Shown: positions 46,773-59,329 of the stretch, one piece after another | Numbering within the stretch: the stretch's first letter is position 1 | How the letters are laid out: every line of letters starts with the position of its first letter | Assembly (NCBI GenBank): GCA_964016885.1 | Contig: OZ024761.1 | Span: forward strand, 6,138,001 to 6,202,000 | Source of the DNA: Eledone cirrhosa | Lineage: Eukaryota | Reading direction: 5' to 3' | DNA: 64,000 bases | Translations under genes and position numbers: made by a program | The notes under the pieces: generated by a model | What the model saw: the letters and a program-made list of their open reading frames with translations, nothing else | Databases searched by the model: none | What the model was told of the DNA's origin: nothing

Positions 46773-47003
46773 TGAAGGCGCATGGCTGAGTGGTTAGAGA
46801 ATTGGATTCACAATCTTGAGGCTGTGTTCGATTTCTGGACCGGGTGATGCGTTATGTCCTTGAGCAAGACACTTTATTTCACGTTGCTCCTTCTACCTGG
46901 AGTTGCGACCGATAGATAGTACAAGCAACTGGAAAGACCGACGAAAAAACATTGTTTCCTCGGTCCGATTTGACGAAAGTCGATCGATCTCCTATCGATC
47001 TCC
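46773..47003 (+). mobile_element. CORE-type tRNA SINE with structured 3' module
   Basis: Homologous to 20360-20578; tail cgatctcct duplicated. Confidence 0.85.
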
Positions 47004-47010
47004 TTATATA

Positions 47011-47463
47011 TAAAGGTTTACTTCACTTCAGTAAAAAAAAAAAAACAATAATCAAGTTACCACGAGTTGCGAAGGTTGACTATGTTATTTTGTTGTTGAT
47101 GTGAAAACAACGAGCGACGAGATAAAGTTTGTTGGGTGTTTGCAATCCGTGGTAGCAGTTCTCGTCGTGAGTCTGGTTTAGTCTGAGACCGAGAGAGAGG
47201 GGGGTAGTAATGGTCTGTAATTGACTGTAGTCCTCTGGGGCCTGAAGGTAGCGAGGAATCTTTACATAGCTTGTTGAAGGCGTAATGCTCCGATCTCTCT
47301 GTTTAAACGTGGGATCATACAGGCTTTATATACCTGTCGCTTTCGGTCTCCCACCTTAAGGGGATAGTCCACGCATGAACCTGTTCACACCAAAACGGTG
47401 GTGACCTAGAGTTTGACCTTTAGGAGTCATCCAAGGTTCAAGGCGTGGACAGATGTCGCTATA
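47011..47463 (-). mobile_element. Solo-LTR-like element in (TA)n
   Basis: Termini shared with 20659-20807; minus-strand TATATAAA at about 47325-47332. Confidence 0.5.
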
Positions 47464-47551
47464 TATATATATATATATTTATTAAAATAACAGATTAAGC
47501 AAAGAATCGCTTCTTTCACCCTTAACGGAATCTTGGGAAACTATTATTATT

Positions 47552-47940
47552 TTGGCAGTATCGGTAGAGGGTGTGACACCATGCTTTGACGCATCGAGTT
47601 ACGGCCCTTTATGATCTGAGTTCAAATCCCGCTGAGGTTAACTTTGCCTTTCATCCTTACGGGGTCGATAAAATGAAGCACCAGTAATGTACTAGGGTCG
47701 ATTTAATCGTGTGCCTATATAAGAAATCATAATTTTGGCAGTATCGGTAGAGGGTCTGACGCCATGCTTTGACGCATAGAGTTACGGCCCTTGCCATTCT
47801 GAGTTCAAATCCAGCCGAGGTTAACTTTGCCTTTCATCCTTACGGGGTCGATAAAATGAAGTACCAGTAATACACTAGATTTCATTTAATCGACTTCCCC
47901 TCTCCCAAAATTACTCGCCTTGTGCCTATATAAGAAACCA
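47552..47940 (+). mobile_element. Two tandem main-family SINEs
   Basis: ttggcagtatcggtagaggg..gagttcaaatcc..tgtgcctatataagaaa twice. Confidence 0.88.
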
Positions 47941-47947
47941 TTATATA

Positions 47948-47985
<38 letters not shown>

Positions 47986-47988
<3 letters not shown>

Positions 47989-48130
47989 CGAAGGAAGTGT
48001 GGTAAGGAACCAGGTGGACCATAATGCACCAGAGTACTCAATACTTAGGGTAATAGAGTGGGTAATTTGAAAAAAGAGTCAGGACCCCGACGGCTGAGCT
48101 CCGGCCGTTTCGACAGCTAGTTCTGAACTA
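47986..48130 (-). mobile_element. Family C element (single arm)
   Basis: aacgaaggaagtgtggtaaggaaccaggtggacc..gaccccgacggctgagctc. Confidence 0.8.
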
Positions 48131-48369
48131 ACGCAGCAATAGTCTGACACAATAGTTAGCACAGTCTGGCTGACTTATCAAGGGGTAACTCCATATATGG
48201 GCATGCACTGGTGTCAAACAGTTCTCAAAGTTGTTTTTATCAGGGGAGTGGTCAAAGTTTTTGTAATCACACTTAAATTCCTTCATAGCGGCGGGTGGGG
48301 GCGGTGGTGGGGGTGGCTGAACTTGCCTGTAGAACAGGGGGGGGGGGTAATGCTTAGTATATATGCTAA

Positions 48370-48448
48370 GCAGATCTGACGATCTTCAGGTTCGATCTAT
48401 AATAGGTCTTGCCTCGAGCTGATCGATAGTGAAACTTATGTAATATGT
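48370..48448 (+). ncRNA. Decayed HHR sharing a stem II cassette with 21737
   Basis: gcagat CTGACGA ..caggttcgatctat..gagctgatcgatagt GAAAC-ttat-GTA atatgt. Confidence 0.5.
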
Positions 48449-48590
48449 TATTACATATGTTATGATGCAACACTGATTCCTTGTTCATTATTCTTATAGT
48501 ATTATACTCTGCTCTAAGCCAGCATCGAGTCCTCAACTGGCATACCACCTACGGACGCGTTTTTCATGCAACCATATATATATATATATA

Positions 48591-48780
48591 TAACGAAGGA
48601 AATGTGGTAAGGAACCAGGTGGACCATAACGCACCAAAGTACTCAATACTTAGGGTAGTAGAGTGGGTAATAGGAACAAGTAAGACCCCGACGGCTGAGT
48701 TCAAGCCGTTTCGACGGCTAATTCTGAACTGAATTAGCCGTCGAAACGGCTTGAACTCAGCCGTCGGGGTCTTACTTGTT

Positions 48781-48785
<5 letters not shown>
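48591..48785 (-). mobile_element. Family C fold-back element
   Basis: Palindrome around ctaattc-tgaact-gaattag. Confidence 0.85.
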
Positions 48786-48817
<32 letters not shown>

Positions 48818-48916
48818 AGTATATGCTGGTTATTTACCGACACCTCAGTATGCCGATTGGAGCACTCGACGAAGTACGCAGGTTGGTTTGTTTACTCCGC
48901 AGTAATGTAAAATAAT

Positions 48917-49098
48917 TGTTTCTACTTTTGGCACAAGGCCAGCAATTTCCCAGTGCATTACTGGTACTTTATTTTATCGACCCCGTAAGGATGAAAGGCA
49001 AAGTCAACCTCGACGGGATTTGAACTCAGATCGTAAAGGGATGTAACTATGCTGGAAAGCATGGCGTCCGACCCTCTACCGATACTGCCAATCCACCG
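48917..49098 (-). mobile_element. Main-family SINE with 16-bp target-site duplication
   Basis: agtaatgtaaaataat at 48901-48916 and 49099-49114. Confidence 0.92.
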
Positions 49099-49236
49099 AG
49101 TAATGTAAAATAATAAGATATGATTCCAGTTCCTCAGAGAAATAACAACACAACCTGGAGCTGGACATATCGGAGTATTGACGGAGTAAAACACACTTCA
49201 ACAACATGTGTACCTGTCTTTCCCACACCAATTCGG

Positions 49237-49291
49237 ACTGACTGAAGAGGTCACAGCCAATGATGGCTGTCACCGAAATATATATAGCAGT
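49237..49291 (+). ncRNA. Minimal type I HHR, canonical core
   Basis: actga CTGAAGA ggtcacagcca-atga-tggctgtcacc GAA ATATATAT A gcagt; AATAAA about 15 nt downstream. Confidence 0.75.
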
Positions 49292-49342
49292 ATATCTATA
49301 ATTTATAATAAACGAAGCCAAATTTTACATATTTGACTTAAT

Positions 49343-49423
<81 letters not shown>

Positions 49424-49784
49424 AATAATGATGGCTGCTTGTTGCAAATGGTGGTGCATATGAAAAAGTAAGTCCTTCATCAGTGACCCTCCAACCGTCC
49501 CAGGCATTTCATCGCTTTAAGGGCCATATGCCTCAGGTTGGTGCGAACAACGGCTAAAAAAAGTCGTTGGGACACGTAAACAAAGGGGACGCCAGGGTAA
49601 CAAACAAAAAGGTTTAAGCAACGGAAAGTGAGAAGAAATAGACAAGTCCCAGATCTCTATGAATATAAACTCGGTGAAATCGTGAACAAGAGACAAAAGA
49701 CCATCAAACCAGCGTTTCTTGCTCCATGAAAGCTAAATATATATATATATATATATATTTAGCTTTCATGGAGCAAGAAACGCT

Positions 49785-49935
49785 GGCCGTCCCAAGAAGA
49801 CATACGTCAAGCAACTTGAGGACGATACTGGATGCACTGTGGAAGAACTAGCAAACGATATGAGCGACAGAGATGGATGGAGGAAACGTGTCGTAGAAAG
49901 CCGAGCAAGCTCGACCTAATGATGATGATGATGAT
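49785..49935 (+). pseudogene. RTE-clade LINE 3' end with (GAT)n tail
   Basis: GRPKKTYVKQLEDDTGCTVEELANDMSDRDGWRKRVVESRASST* followed by tgatgatgat. Confidence 0.88.
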
Positions 49936-50074
49936 ATATATATATATATATGAATGTATGTATAGTATATTTGGCAATATACCGTATGTTTAATAAAAAA
50001 CAATTTGAAGACCATATATACTATATATACTATACATACATTCATGTATACATCGCTATTTCAGAGCACCAATC

Positions 50075-50125
<51 letters not shown>

Positions 50126-50599
50126 AAGGAAAAGAATAACTTCACCTGTAGTTAATATTCTATAACAATTTAACTTTATTATTTTGTAATGTAGATCTAA
50201 TAAGTACTTTGTTAACTTCAGTGGAAAGTTTTTCTTAATAATCTTGGTTAACTTTCCAGCATTGGTCGGTGGCGATTGTCAAACTGCCCGAAAGTTTCAA
50301 TGTGTTGCTGTCCATATAAGGGGTGTGCGTGTGTCTGGGGAAGTGGTAATAATAATAACGTAGGGTTGATGAAAATAAAAGTAAAGTAATTAAAAAAATT
50401 GAAAAGAAAAGGAAAAAGCAAAATCAAGATGATTGATTGATGGAGGTGAGGGGACGAGAGGGATGAGGGGTGGGGTGAGGCCGTGGGGGGTGGGGTGAGG
50501 GGGTGAGTGATGAGGAGGATGAGGGGTGCGGGGACATATGTGATGGTCAGATTTACTACTTAAAATTTCTTTGGTGAAGAAATAAGATAGACATCAAAG

Positions 50600-50881
50600 T
50601 ATATTTTTCAAAATGGCGTAGACATTACAATACAACGGGAGGAAAAATATTAGTACCACTCTTGATGCCACAGGTGTGTGATGAAAGAACTTTGAAAGAC
50701 TATATTTATTTATATCTGTATTTTTAACCGTTGGTCAATCAATGATAAACATTGGTTGCCAAATAAATTAACTATGGAGATATAAAAGGTACAGAAGCGA
50801 AAACCAGCCAAACAGTGAGTGTGTTCTGTTATTATTTCTGGCAATATTATTACAATATGCCCCTCCCCAAGTATAACAATA
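50600..50881 (+). mobile_element. Family B element, decayed HHR core
   Basis: CTCTTGA t gccaca-ggtg-tgtgat GAAAGAACTT tg; ends ccccaagtataacaat-(AT)n. Confidence 0.75.
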
Positions 50882-50889
50882 TATATATA

Positions 50890-51680
50890 ACGTTGATAAC
50901 TTTGATAGGTTTCGGCCAGTATTGGCCCAGGCCATGTCTAACTTAATAGCACAACCTGGCGAAGTTTTTCAAATCAGGATTTGGACACCATGGCCCACTC
51001 TAGTAGTTAGTTATTGTTTACGGAGATATATCCGGAATTTCTTGAAGGAATTTGTCCAAAGACTTCTTGAACTTGATGGGGTCTGTTTCTGTTTTAATGT
51101 GTTTTGGTGTAATGTTAAAGAGAGCTAGGCCAATTCAGGTGAAATAATTGTGTCGTATTGTTGTTATGAGATGCGAATGGGATTTTTGTCGTGGGCGGAT
51201 AGCACGGGCCCCAAGCCTTAGGTGTACCTTAAAGGTGATGCCGACATCATTTGGGCAATGCTGATAGAATATTTTCCACATAATGCAGATAATGTAGCGC
51301 TCACGGCGACGATGGAGAGAATAAAGGTTTAGCTTTTCTAGTTGACCCCAATAGTCAAGGCCTTGCAATTGACCTTTGAGGTGCTTCAACTTTCATGATA
51401 TTTTGTTTCGTGTGGGGAGAGCACAGTGGACAACAGTATTCAAAGTGGGGTCAGGCAGAAGAGAAGGATAACAGTGTGTATATCTCTCGACTGGAAGATT
51501 CTGATAATCCAGGAACACATTTTGTGGGCCATGTCAACTTTGCTGTTTATATGAGTGGCCCAGCTTATGTTGTTGTCAACAATTACTCCCAAGTCTCAGA
51601 TGTTGTTGGATGCCACGAGAGTTTCACCTGAATGAAGCGAGTATGAGAGTTTCAGGGCATCCTCTTTTCCAAAGTGGATT
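50890..51680 (-). pseudogene. CR1-clade LINE RT C-terminal fragment
   Basis: DLGVIVDNNISW.THI, EYCCPLCSP, LDYWGQLEKLNLYSLHRRRERY, FKKSLDKFL motifs with frameshifts and stops. Confidence 0.88.
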
Positions 51681-51834
51681 AACTATATATGCGCACACGC
51701 ACACACACACGCACACACACACGCACACACACACGCACACACATACCACACGCACACACCCGCACGCACACGCACACACGCACGCACGCACGCGCACGCG
51801 CACACACACACACACACACATACACACACACATA

Positions 51835-51893
<59 letters not shown>

Positions 51894-52087
51894 CCTTTAG
51901 TTTGATGTTTATATAAGAAGATATGTAATGAAAAGATGGTAACATTTCTCTTCCTTGGAAACTCAGTATTTTAACCTGGGGTAGCCCCTCTCCAGGCCAA
52001 GACTAGCCCCTCTCCAAGTCTGGACAGCTCCTCCTTAGGTCTGGACGGCCCCTCTCTAGGTCTGGACAGCCCCATTCTTCCAGAGAA

Positions 52088-52125
<38 letters not shown>

Positions 52126-52388
52126 GGGGTTAATATTACAGTTTTCATAGTAACACTGCAAATTCCATTAAAATCTCAAATTTCCTTCCTAGCTTATCAG
52201 CATTCTCTGAGAGAATATGCTTCGTGAGTGAAATTTGGTAAAGGGACACTCTCTCTTTATTTCACCCTCCCTCTCCATGTCTCCCTTTGTTTATGCATAT
52301 ATATATATAGGTATTGAAGTTTCCGTTTAAAACAGAAAAAGTCATAGGAGTGAAGAGTGCTCTATGTAAGTACCAGAGCAAAATTTTA

Positions 52389-52572
52389 TGTATAATAAAC
52401 AATACAATATAATTACCTCATTACCAGAGGTTTCACGAATAAGGCGAATACGAAAGAAACGTCTTCTTTCGTTCGTATTGCCTCGTCCGACGAACGAATG
52501 AAGACGTTTCTTTCGTATTCGCCTTATTCGGGAAACCTCTGGTAATGAGGTAATTATATTGTATTGTTTTTT

Positions 52573-52580
<8 letters not shown>
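52389..52580 (+). ncRNA. Fold-back element containing a type I HHR (52477-52554)
   Basis: attgcctcgt CCGACGA acgaat..attcgg GAA ACC-tct-GGT A atgaggtaat: 10-bp stem I; the inverted copy 52389-52476 stops inside the core. Confidence 0.8.
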
Positions 52581-52639
<59 letters not shown>

Positions 52640-52646
<7 letters not shown>

Positions 52647-53150
52647 ATACTTGGGGAGGGTCATATTTGTGTAATATTGCCAGAATTAATAACAGAACAC
52701 ACTCACTGTTTGGTTGGTTTTCGTTTTTCGCTTCTGTGTCTTTTATATCGGTTAATCTAATTTATTCGGTCCTCAATGTTGCCATTGACTGACCGACGGT
52801 CAAAAATAATACAGATACAATATAAACACAAACACATATATATAGTTTATCAAAGTTCTTTCGTTGCACATCTGCAACATCGTCAGTGGTGCTATTGTTT
52901 CCTCCCGTTGCATTGCATTTTCTACGCCATCTTTATTTCCTCCCGTTGCATTGCATTTTCTACGCCATCTTTATTTAGTCTGTTTATATATTTATTTATT
53001 TGTTTATTTTATTTTGTCTTCTTTGCGCATGCGTTTGCGTGTGTGTATAGTGGTTTGTTTGATGTGTGTTCGTGATTGGGTGACTGTGTATTGGTTAATG
53101 TATTCTATCTTTACTAGTGTGTGTTTATATGTGTTTGTTGTTATTGTGCT
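52640..53150 (-). mobile_element. Family B element with HHR at about 52849-52890
   Basis: Minus strand CTGACGA t gttgca-gatg-tgcaac GAAAGAACTT tg; closely similar to 33225-33750. Confidence 0.82.
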
Positions 53151-53252
53151 GGTATATATATATATATATGGTAGATATAAAATAAGAAAACTCATCGCTA
53201 GAACAGATGTTAGCACAGCCAAATGCTGTCAAAGACAGCGATGGGCAAAAGT

Positions 53253-53818
53253 ACCTCAGAGGACAGAGACCTGTGGTCAGTGGTCAACACAGAGAGACAA
53301 TCCACAAGGTGGGTGACAGGCAGATGATATATAATACCTCAGAGGACAGAGACCAGTGACCAGTGGTCAACAGAGAGACAATCCACAAGGTGGGTGACAG
53401 GCAGATGATATATAATACCTCAGAGGACAGAGACCAGTGACCAGTGGTCAACAGAGAGACAATCCACAAGGTGGGTGACAGGCAGATGATATATAATGTC
53501 TCAGTGGACAGAGACCAGTGACCAGTGGTCAACAGAGACAATCCACAAGGTGGGTGACAGGCAGATGAAATATAATGTCTCAGTGGACAGAGACCAGTGG
53601 CCAGTGGTCAACAGAGAGAGACAATCCACAAGGTGGGTGACAGGTAGATGATATATAATACCTCAGAGGACAGAGACCAGTGACCAGTGGTCAACAGAGA
53701 CAATCCACAAGGTGGGTGACAGGTAGATGAAATATAATGTCTCAGTGGACAGAGACCAGTGGCCAGTGGTCAACAGAGACAATCCACAAGGTGGGTGACA
53801 GGCAGATGATATATAATG
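53253..53818. repeat. 79-83-bp tandem repeat (7 copies)
   Basis: ctcagaggacagagaccagtgaccagtggtcaacagagagacaatccacaaggtgggtgacaggcagatgatatataat; leader and unit start resemble 57285-57345. Confidence 0.93.
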
Positions 53819-53877
53819 ACAAGTTTAAGTTTACACACACACATCTTCACCCTCATCATAGCTCAAACCAGCAAAAT

Positions 53878-53926
<49 letters not shown>

Positions 53927-53929
<3 letters not shown>

Positions 53930-54089
53930 AACGAGTAGGACCCCGACGTCTGAGCTCAAGCCGTTCCGTCGAAACGGCTTGAGCTCAGCCGTCGGGGTCC
54001 TACTCGTTCCTATTACCCACTCTACTACCCTAAGTATTGAGTAATTTGGTGCGTTATGGTCCACCTGGTTCCTTACCACATTTCTTCCG

Positions 54090-54092
<3 letters not shown>
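53927..54092 (+). mobile_element. Family C fold-back element
   Basis: Inverted arm joined at gccgtt-ccgtcgaaacggc. Confidence 0.85.
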
Positions 54093-54156
<64 letters not shown>

Positions 54157-54323
54157 ATAAAAGGACTTCTATAGGACTAGAATTAGTTACTCGTAAACAT
54201 ATGCTGGAGCGAAAGTTTAAATCTACTTCCAAGCTGAGCCGGCTTGTACAGCATCATATGCAAATGAGGCTAATCAGCTCATCTACATAGGGGAAAAGAC
54301 TATATATTTTAATCTGTTTTAAT

Positions 54324-54411
54324 TTCCAGCGGAGAGCTGGGGAAGCACTGCCCTGATGGCGGTCAGAGCAAGGAATGCGTTGGCAGTTGTCCCCCGCTAC
54401 TTCTGCTGGAA
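54324..54411 (+). ncRNA. Decayed HHR-like motif on an extended, bulged stem I
   Basis: ttccagcggag..gggga..actgcc CTGATGG ..GGAATGCGTT ggcagt..tcccc..ttctgctggaa. Confidence 0.4.
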
Positions 54412-54559
54412 TCCGCTAGACGACGCTAGCCTTCAGCTTCTCAATATTCATAGCTTGAAGGCTTTCTAAATGTTTATTGGTAAACATACCGTATATCTGT
54501 AGATATTGACATACATACATACATACATACATACATACATACATACATACATACATACA

Positions 54560-54591
<32 letters not shown>

Positions 54592-54639
54592 GACATGCGT
54601 ACATACATACATTAATACATACATAGATACGTACATATA

Positions 54640-54695
<56 letters not shown>

Positions 54696-54745
54696 CATAC
54701 ATACATACAGACAGACATATAGACATACATAGATACGTACATATA

Positions 54746-54806
<61 letters not shown>

Positions 54807-54808
<2 letters not shown>

Positions 54809-54977
54809 CGAGGGAAATGTGGTACGGAACCAGATGGACCATAACGCACCAAAGTACTTAGGGTACCAATACTTAGGGTACCAAAGTACTCAATACTTAG
54901 GGTAGTAGAGTGGGTAATAATTTAGTCCAGAATTAGCCGTCGAAACGGCTTGAGCTCAGCCGTCGGGGTCCTACTCG

Positions 54978-54980
<3 letters not shown>
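54807..54980. mobile_element. Family C rearranged element
   Basis: Reverse long arm joined to forward agaattagccgtcgaaacggcttgagctcagccgtcgggg. Confidence 0.8.
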
Positions 54981-55014
<34 letters not shown>

Positions 55015-55094
55015 TAGGCTTGAGGTGGTGAAAAGGGGGACAAACACGCCTGAGAGAATCAAACCATGTATCTGCGATATGTCGGATTGCTGCG

Positions 55095-55162
<68 letters not shown>

Positions 55163-55236
55163 AAGTGTATATGATTTTGTGTTGTACACATACGTATAAA
55201 AAGCCCATGTAAAAATAAATAGAAGTCACATATCTT

Positions 55237-55352
<116 letters not shown>

Positions 55353-55368
55353 CATTTACCCGCCTTAG

Positions 55369-55427
<59 letters not shown>

Positions 55428-55451
55428 TAAATAAATATATTTATATATATA

Positions 55452-55520
<69 letters not shown>

Positions 55521-55547
55521 ATATATATATATAAATATAAATAAATA

Positions 55548-55647
<100 letters not shown>

Positions 55648-55660
55648 TGACTTCTATATG

Positions 55661-55703
<43 letters not shown>

Positions 55704-55799
55704 TATTGAGATCGGAGAAGAAATTGATATGAAATCCCTCATTACTGCTGATGTTCATCGGGTAATCTATTAAATAATAGTTTAACATATCCCGGCAGG

Positions 55800-55930
55800 C
55801 ATTGTTGCTATTAGCGGAAACGAGAAACATTTGAAACGCGCTGACGTGAACAAGATGGCGCTGATAAGGGAAATAACTAATTAGATAGATAGTCCAGTCT
55901 ACCGTGAAAAGACGCATGCGCACATGCAGG
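55800..55930. promoter_or_regulatory. Putative promoter/enhancer motif cluster
   Basis: ETS-like gcggaaa, CRE-like tgacgt, YY1 caagatggcg, GATA tgataa and NRF1-like gcatgcgca within about 100 bp of unique DNA. Confidence 0.35.
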
Positions 55931-55996
55931 CACTCGTACAAAACAGAGATGTCTGTTTACATCCACACACAAATTCGTATACACACACACATTTAT

Positions 55997-56041
<45 letters not shown>

Positions 56042-56839
56042 CACACACACAAACAAGAACAAGTAAATTGGGTATATTGATCTGTGCTTGTGATTATATA
56101 CCCTGTATATAGAATAGTAGACGTACAAACATTGTTTTGTAGGTATATACACACGTGTGGAGTGTGGTGAGGGAGAGAGAAGGGGGGGGTGATGAGGGAG
56201 AGAGGGGGAGAGAGAAATAGAGAGAGGGAGTGTAATGAGGGAGAGAGCGGGGAGAGAGAAATAGAGAGAGAGGGAGTGTAATGAGGGAGAGAGCGGGGAG
56301 AGAGAAATAGAGAGAGAGGGGGTGTGATGAGGGAGAGAGAGGGGGAGAGAAATAGAGAGAGAGGGAGGGAGAGAGGGGGAGAGAAATATAGAGAGATGGA
56401 TTGAGAGAGAGGTAGAAAGAGAGGGAGAGAGGGACGGGGTGTGATAAGGGAGAGAGGGAAAATATATAAATACACACACACAAACATAAATACACACACA
56501 CACAAACATAAATATACACACACAAATATAAATACACACATACACAAACATAAATACACACACACAAACATAAACGCACACACACAAATATAGAATTACA
56601 CACACAGACATAAATACGCACACACACAAATATAAACACACAAACACAAATTCACGACGCACGAACCAACACACACACACGTCTCCCGCCACACACACAT
56701 ACACACACACACACACACATATATACAAACACACACATATACACACACACACACACATCGATACATGTATTTCTTTTTTACTTACACAAGTATTATGAAA
56801 GTTGAAGTTCGTTATATAGAATCTTATCACACGCCAATG

Positions 56840-56917
56840 ATTGACGGCATAGAGTTACGTCCCTTTACGGTGTGAGTTCAAATCCCGCCGAGGTTAACTT
56901 TGCCTTTCATCCTTACG
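56840..56917 (+). mobile_element. Partial main-family SINE
   Basis: gagttcaaatcccgccgaggttaactttgcctttcatccttacg. Confidence 0.8.
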
Positions 56918-56974
56918 ATTATTAGGAAGAAAAATATTTTTTTTTCCCTTTTTATTTTTTTCTCTCTTTTTTCT

Positions 56975-57205
56975 GGGTTATATATACAAATGGGTATATA
57001 TACAAATATATATACAAATGGGTATATATACAAATATATATACAAATGGGTTTATATACAAATATATATACAAATGGGTATATATACAAATATATATACA
57101 AATGGGTATATATACAAATATATATACAAATGGGTATATATACAAATATATATACAAATAGGTATATATACAAATATATATACAAATTGGTATATATACA
57201 AATGT
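56975..57205. repeat. 28-bp minisatellite (about 8 copies)
   Basis: Unit gggtatatatacaaatatatatacaaat. Confidence 0.93.
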
Positions 57206-57584
57206 ATCTCGAATATCGACTTTCAAACACGAGTGTATTAAATTCAGAGAGTAATTGTCAGAACCCAGTGCAGAGAAGCTGTTAAAACAGCAAAATGCCG
57301 TCAATGGCGGCAGCGGGTAAAATTTACCTCAAAGGATAGAAATCAGTAGCTCATAAAAGTGTTGGCTCATAAAAGTGATAGGAAGAAATGAGAAAGGGAT
57401 AAAATAGGCGAGAGGAGATTTCACAAATATTAGATTTTCTCATCGCCCTTCAGACCGCCTTTGGTTTCGACGATTTAACTAAAAGGACCACGTAGTAAGG
57501 AGGTGTATATAATAAAATATAAAATATATATGACATTATAACTGTAAAATAACACACATGCACACGCACATAACACAACACGCG

Positions 57585-57677
<93 letters not shown>

Positions 57678-57699
57678 TTGCAATATATATAAAGTATAT

Positions 57700-57878
57700 A
57701 ATTGTTTCTACTTTTGACACAAGGCCAGCAATTACCCAGTGCATTACTGGTACTTTATTTTATCGACACCGTAAGGATGAAAGGCAAAGTTAACCTCGGC
57801 GGGATTTGAACTCAGAATGGAAAGGGGCGTAACTCTATGCGTCAAAGTATGGCGTCCGACCCTCTACTGATACTGCCA
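57700..57878 (-). mobile_element. Main-family SINE
   Basis: Reverse complement of the family consensus. Confidence 0.88.
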
Positions 57879-58196
57879 TATAATGTTTTGATTATTAATT
57901 GTTGGACTGATTAATTGATGAGTTGTATATACTAGCGCTACAATTATCTCCATTGAAACAATTGTAGAAGTTGTGGATGGAATTTGAATAACGACCTAGG
58001 TTTACTCTTTATATAATTATACATATTAAGATCACCACTATGTCATGTAACACTTATCTCCCGCTGCGTTATCGGCGGTAATCCGCGAAACAGAAAAGCA
58101 ACTGTATAGTAAATAGATAATTTCTGCTTTAATATTGAGCACATTTCCTCATGTTTGTTAGCTGAAAGAGGAGAGATATATAAATTACAACAATAT

Positions 58197-58248
<52 letters not shown>

Positions 58249-58249
58249 A

Positions 58250-58395
58250 GTAAGTATGTTTTTAAACAGTAAGCAGGTTTGAAATTAGAAAATATATAGC
58301 TTTCACCGTAGTTTTGACTAAAGGAATTTTAGCCTGATATCAGGCTAAAATTCCTTTAGTCAAAAATACGGTGAAAGCTATATATTTTCTAATAT
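58250..58395. mobile_element. Family D fold-back copy
   Basis: Palindrome centred on agcctgatatcaggct. Confidence 0.75.
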
Positions 58396-58440
58396 ATATA
58401 TATATTGTTATATAATAAGTTGACGGGACTAGCTTATATT

Positions 58441-58506
<66 letters not shown>

Positions 58507-58691
58507 ATATATATACATATATGTATATATATACATATATGTATATATATATATATATTGTTATATATATATGTATGTATATATATATATACATATATGT
58601 ATATATATATACATATATGTATATATATATATATATATATTGTTATATATATATGTATATATATATATATATATATTGTTATATATATATG

Positions 58692-58722
<31 letters not shown>

Positions 58723-58733
58723 TTATATATATG

Positions 58734-58780
<47 letters not shown>

Positions 58781-58781
58781 G

Positions 58782-58838
<57 letters not shown>

Positions 58839-58896
58839 GTGAGGTTTTTTTTACAAAATGAAAAATAACCGAGGTGTCCTACACGAGTGGAAGTAT

Positions 58897-59188
58897 AAAG
58901 AAAAAGGGATGAAATCGAAAATGCAACTGAAGTCTTATTTTTTAAAAAAATATATATATTTATTTGGTTCCTTTACCGGTTTCGCAGTTCTTCTGCTTTT
59001 CAAAAGGTGAGTTCAGATGGAGGGTCTGTGGTTTTTCTCACATGATGTGAGAAAAACCGCAGACCCTCCATCTCAACTCAGCTTTTGAAAAGCAGAAGAA
59101 CTGCGAAACCGGTAAAGGAACCAAATAAATATATATATTTTAAAAAAAAATAAGACTTCAGTTGCATTTTCGATTTCATCCCTTTTTC

Positions 59189-59190
<2 letters not shown>
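58897..59190. ncRNA. Fold-back element with two U3-A8 HHRs (58970-59007 minus; 59082-59117 plus)
   Basis: cctt TTGAAAA gcag-aagaa-ctgc GAA ACCGGT A aagg; centre ctcacatgatgtgag. Confidence 0.75.
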
Positions 59191-59267
<77 letters not shown>

Positions 59268-59329
59268 ATATATATATGTATATATATATGTATATATGAA
59301 AAGTGTAATTTTCTACACAAAACGAAGGT

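Noticed and set aside
50455-50535. Functional G-quadruplex
   Set aside because: G-runs are present but are ordinary low-complexity sequence with no supporting context
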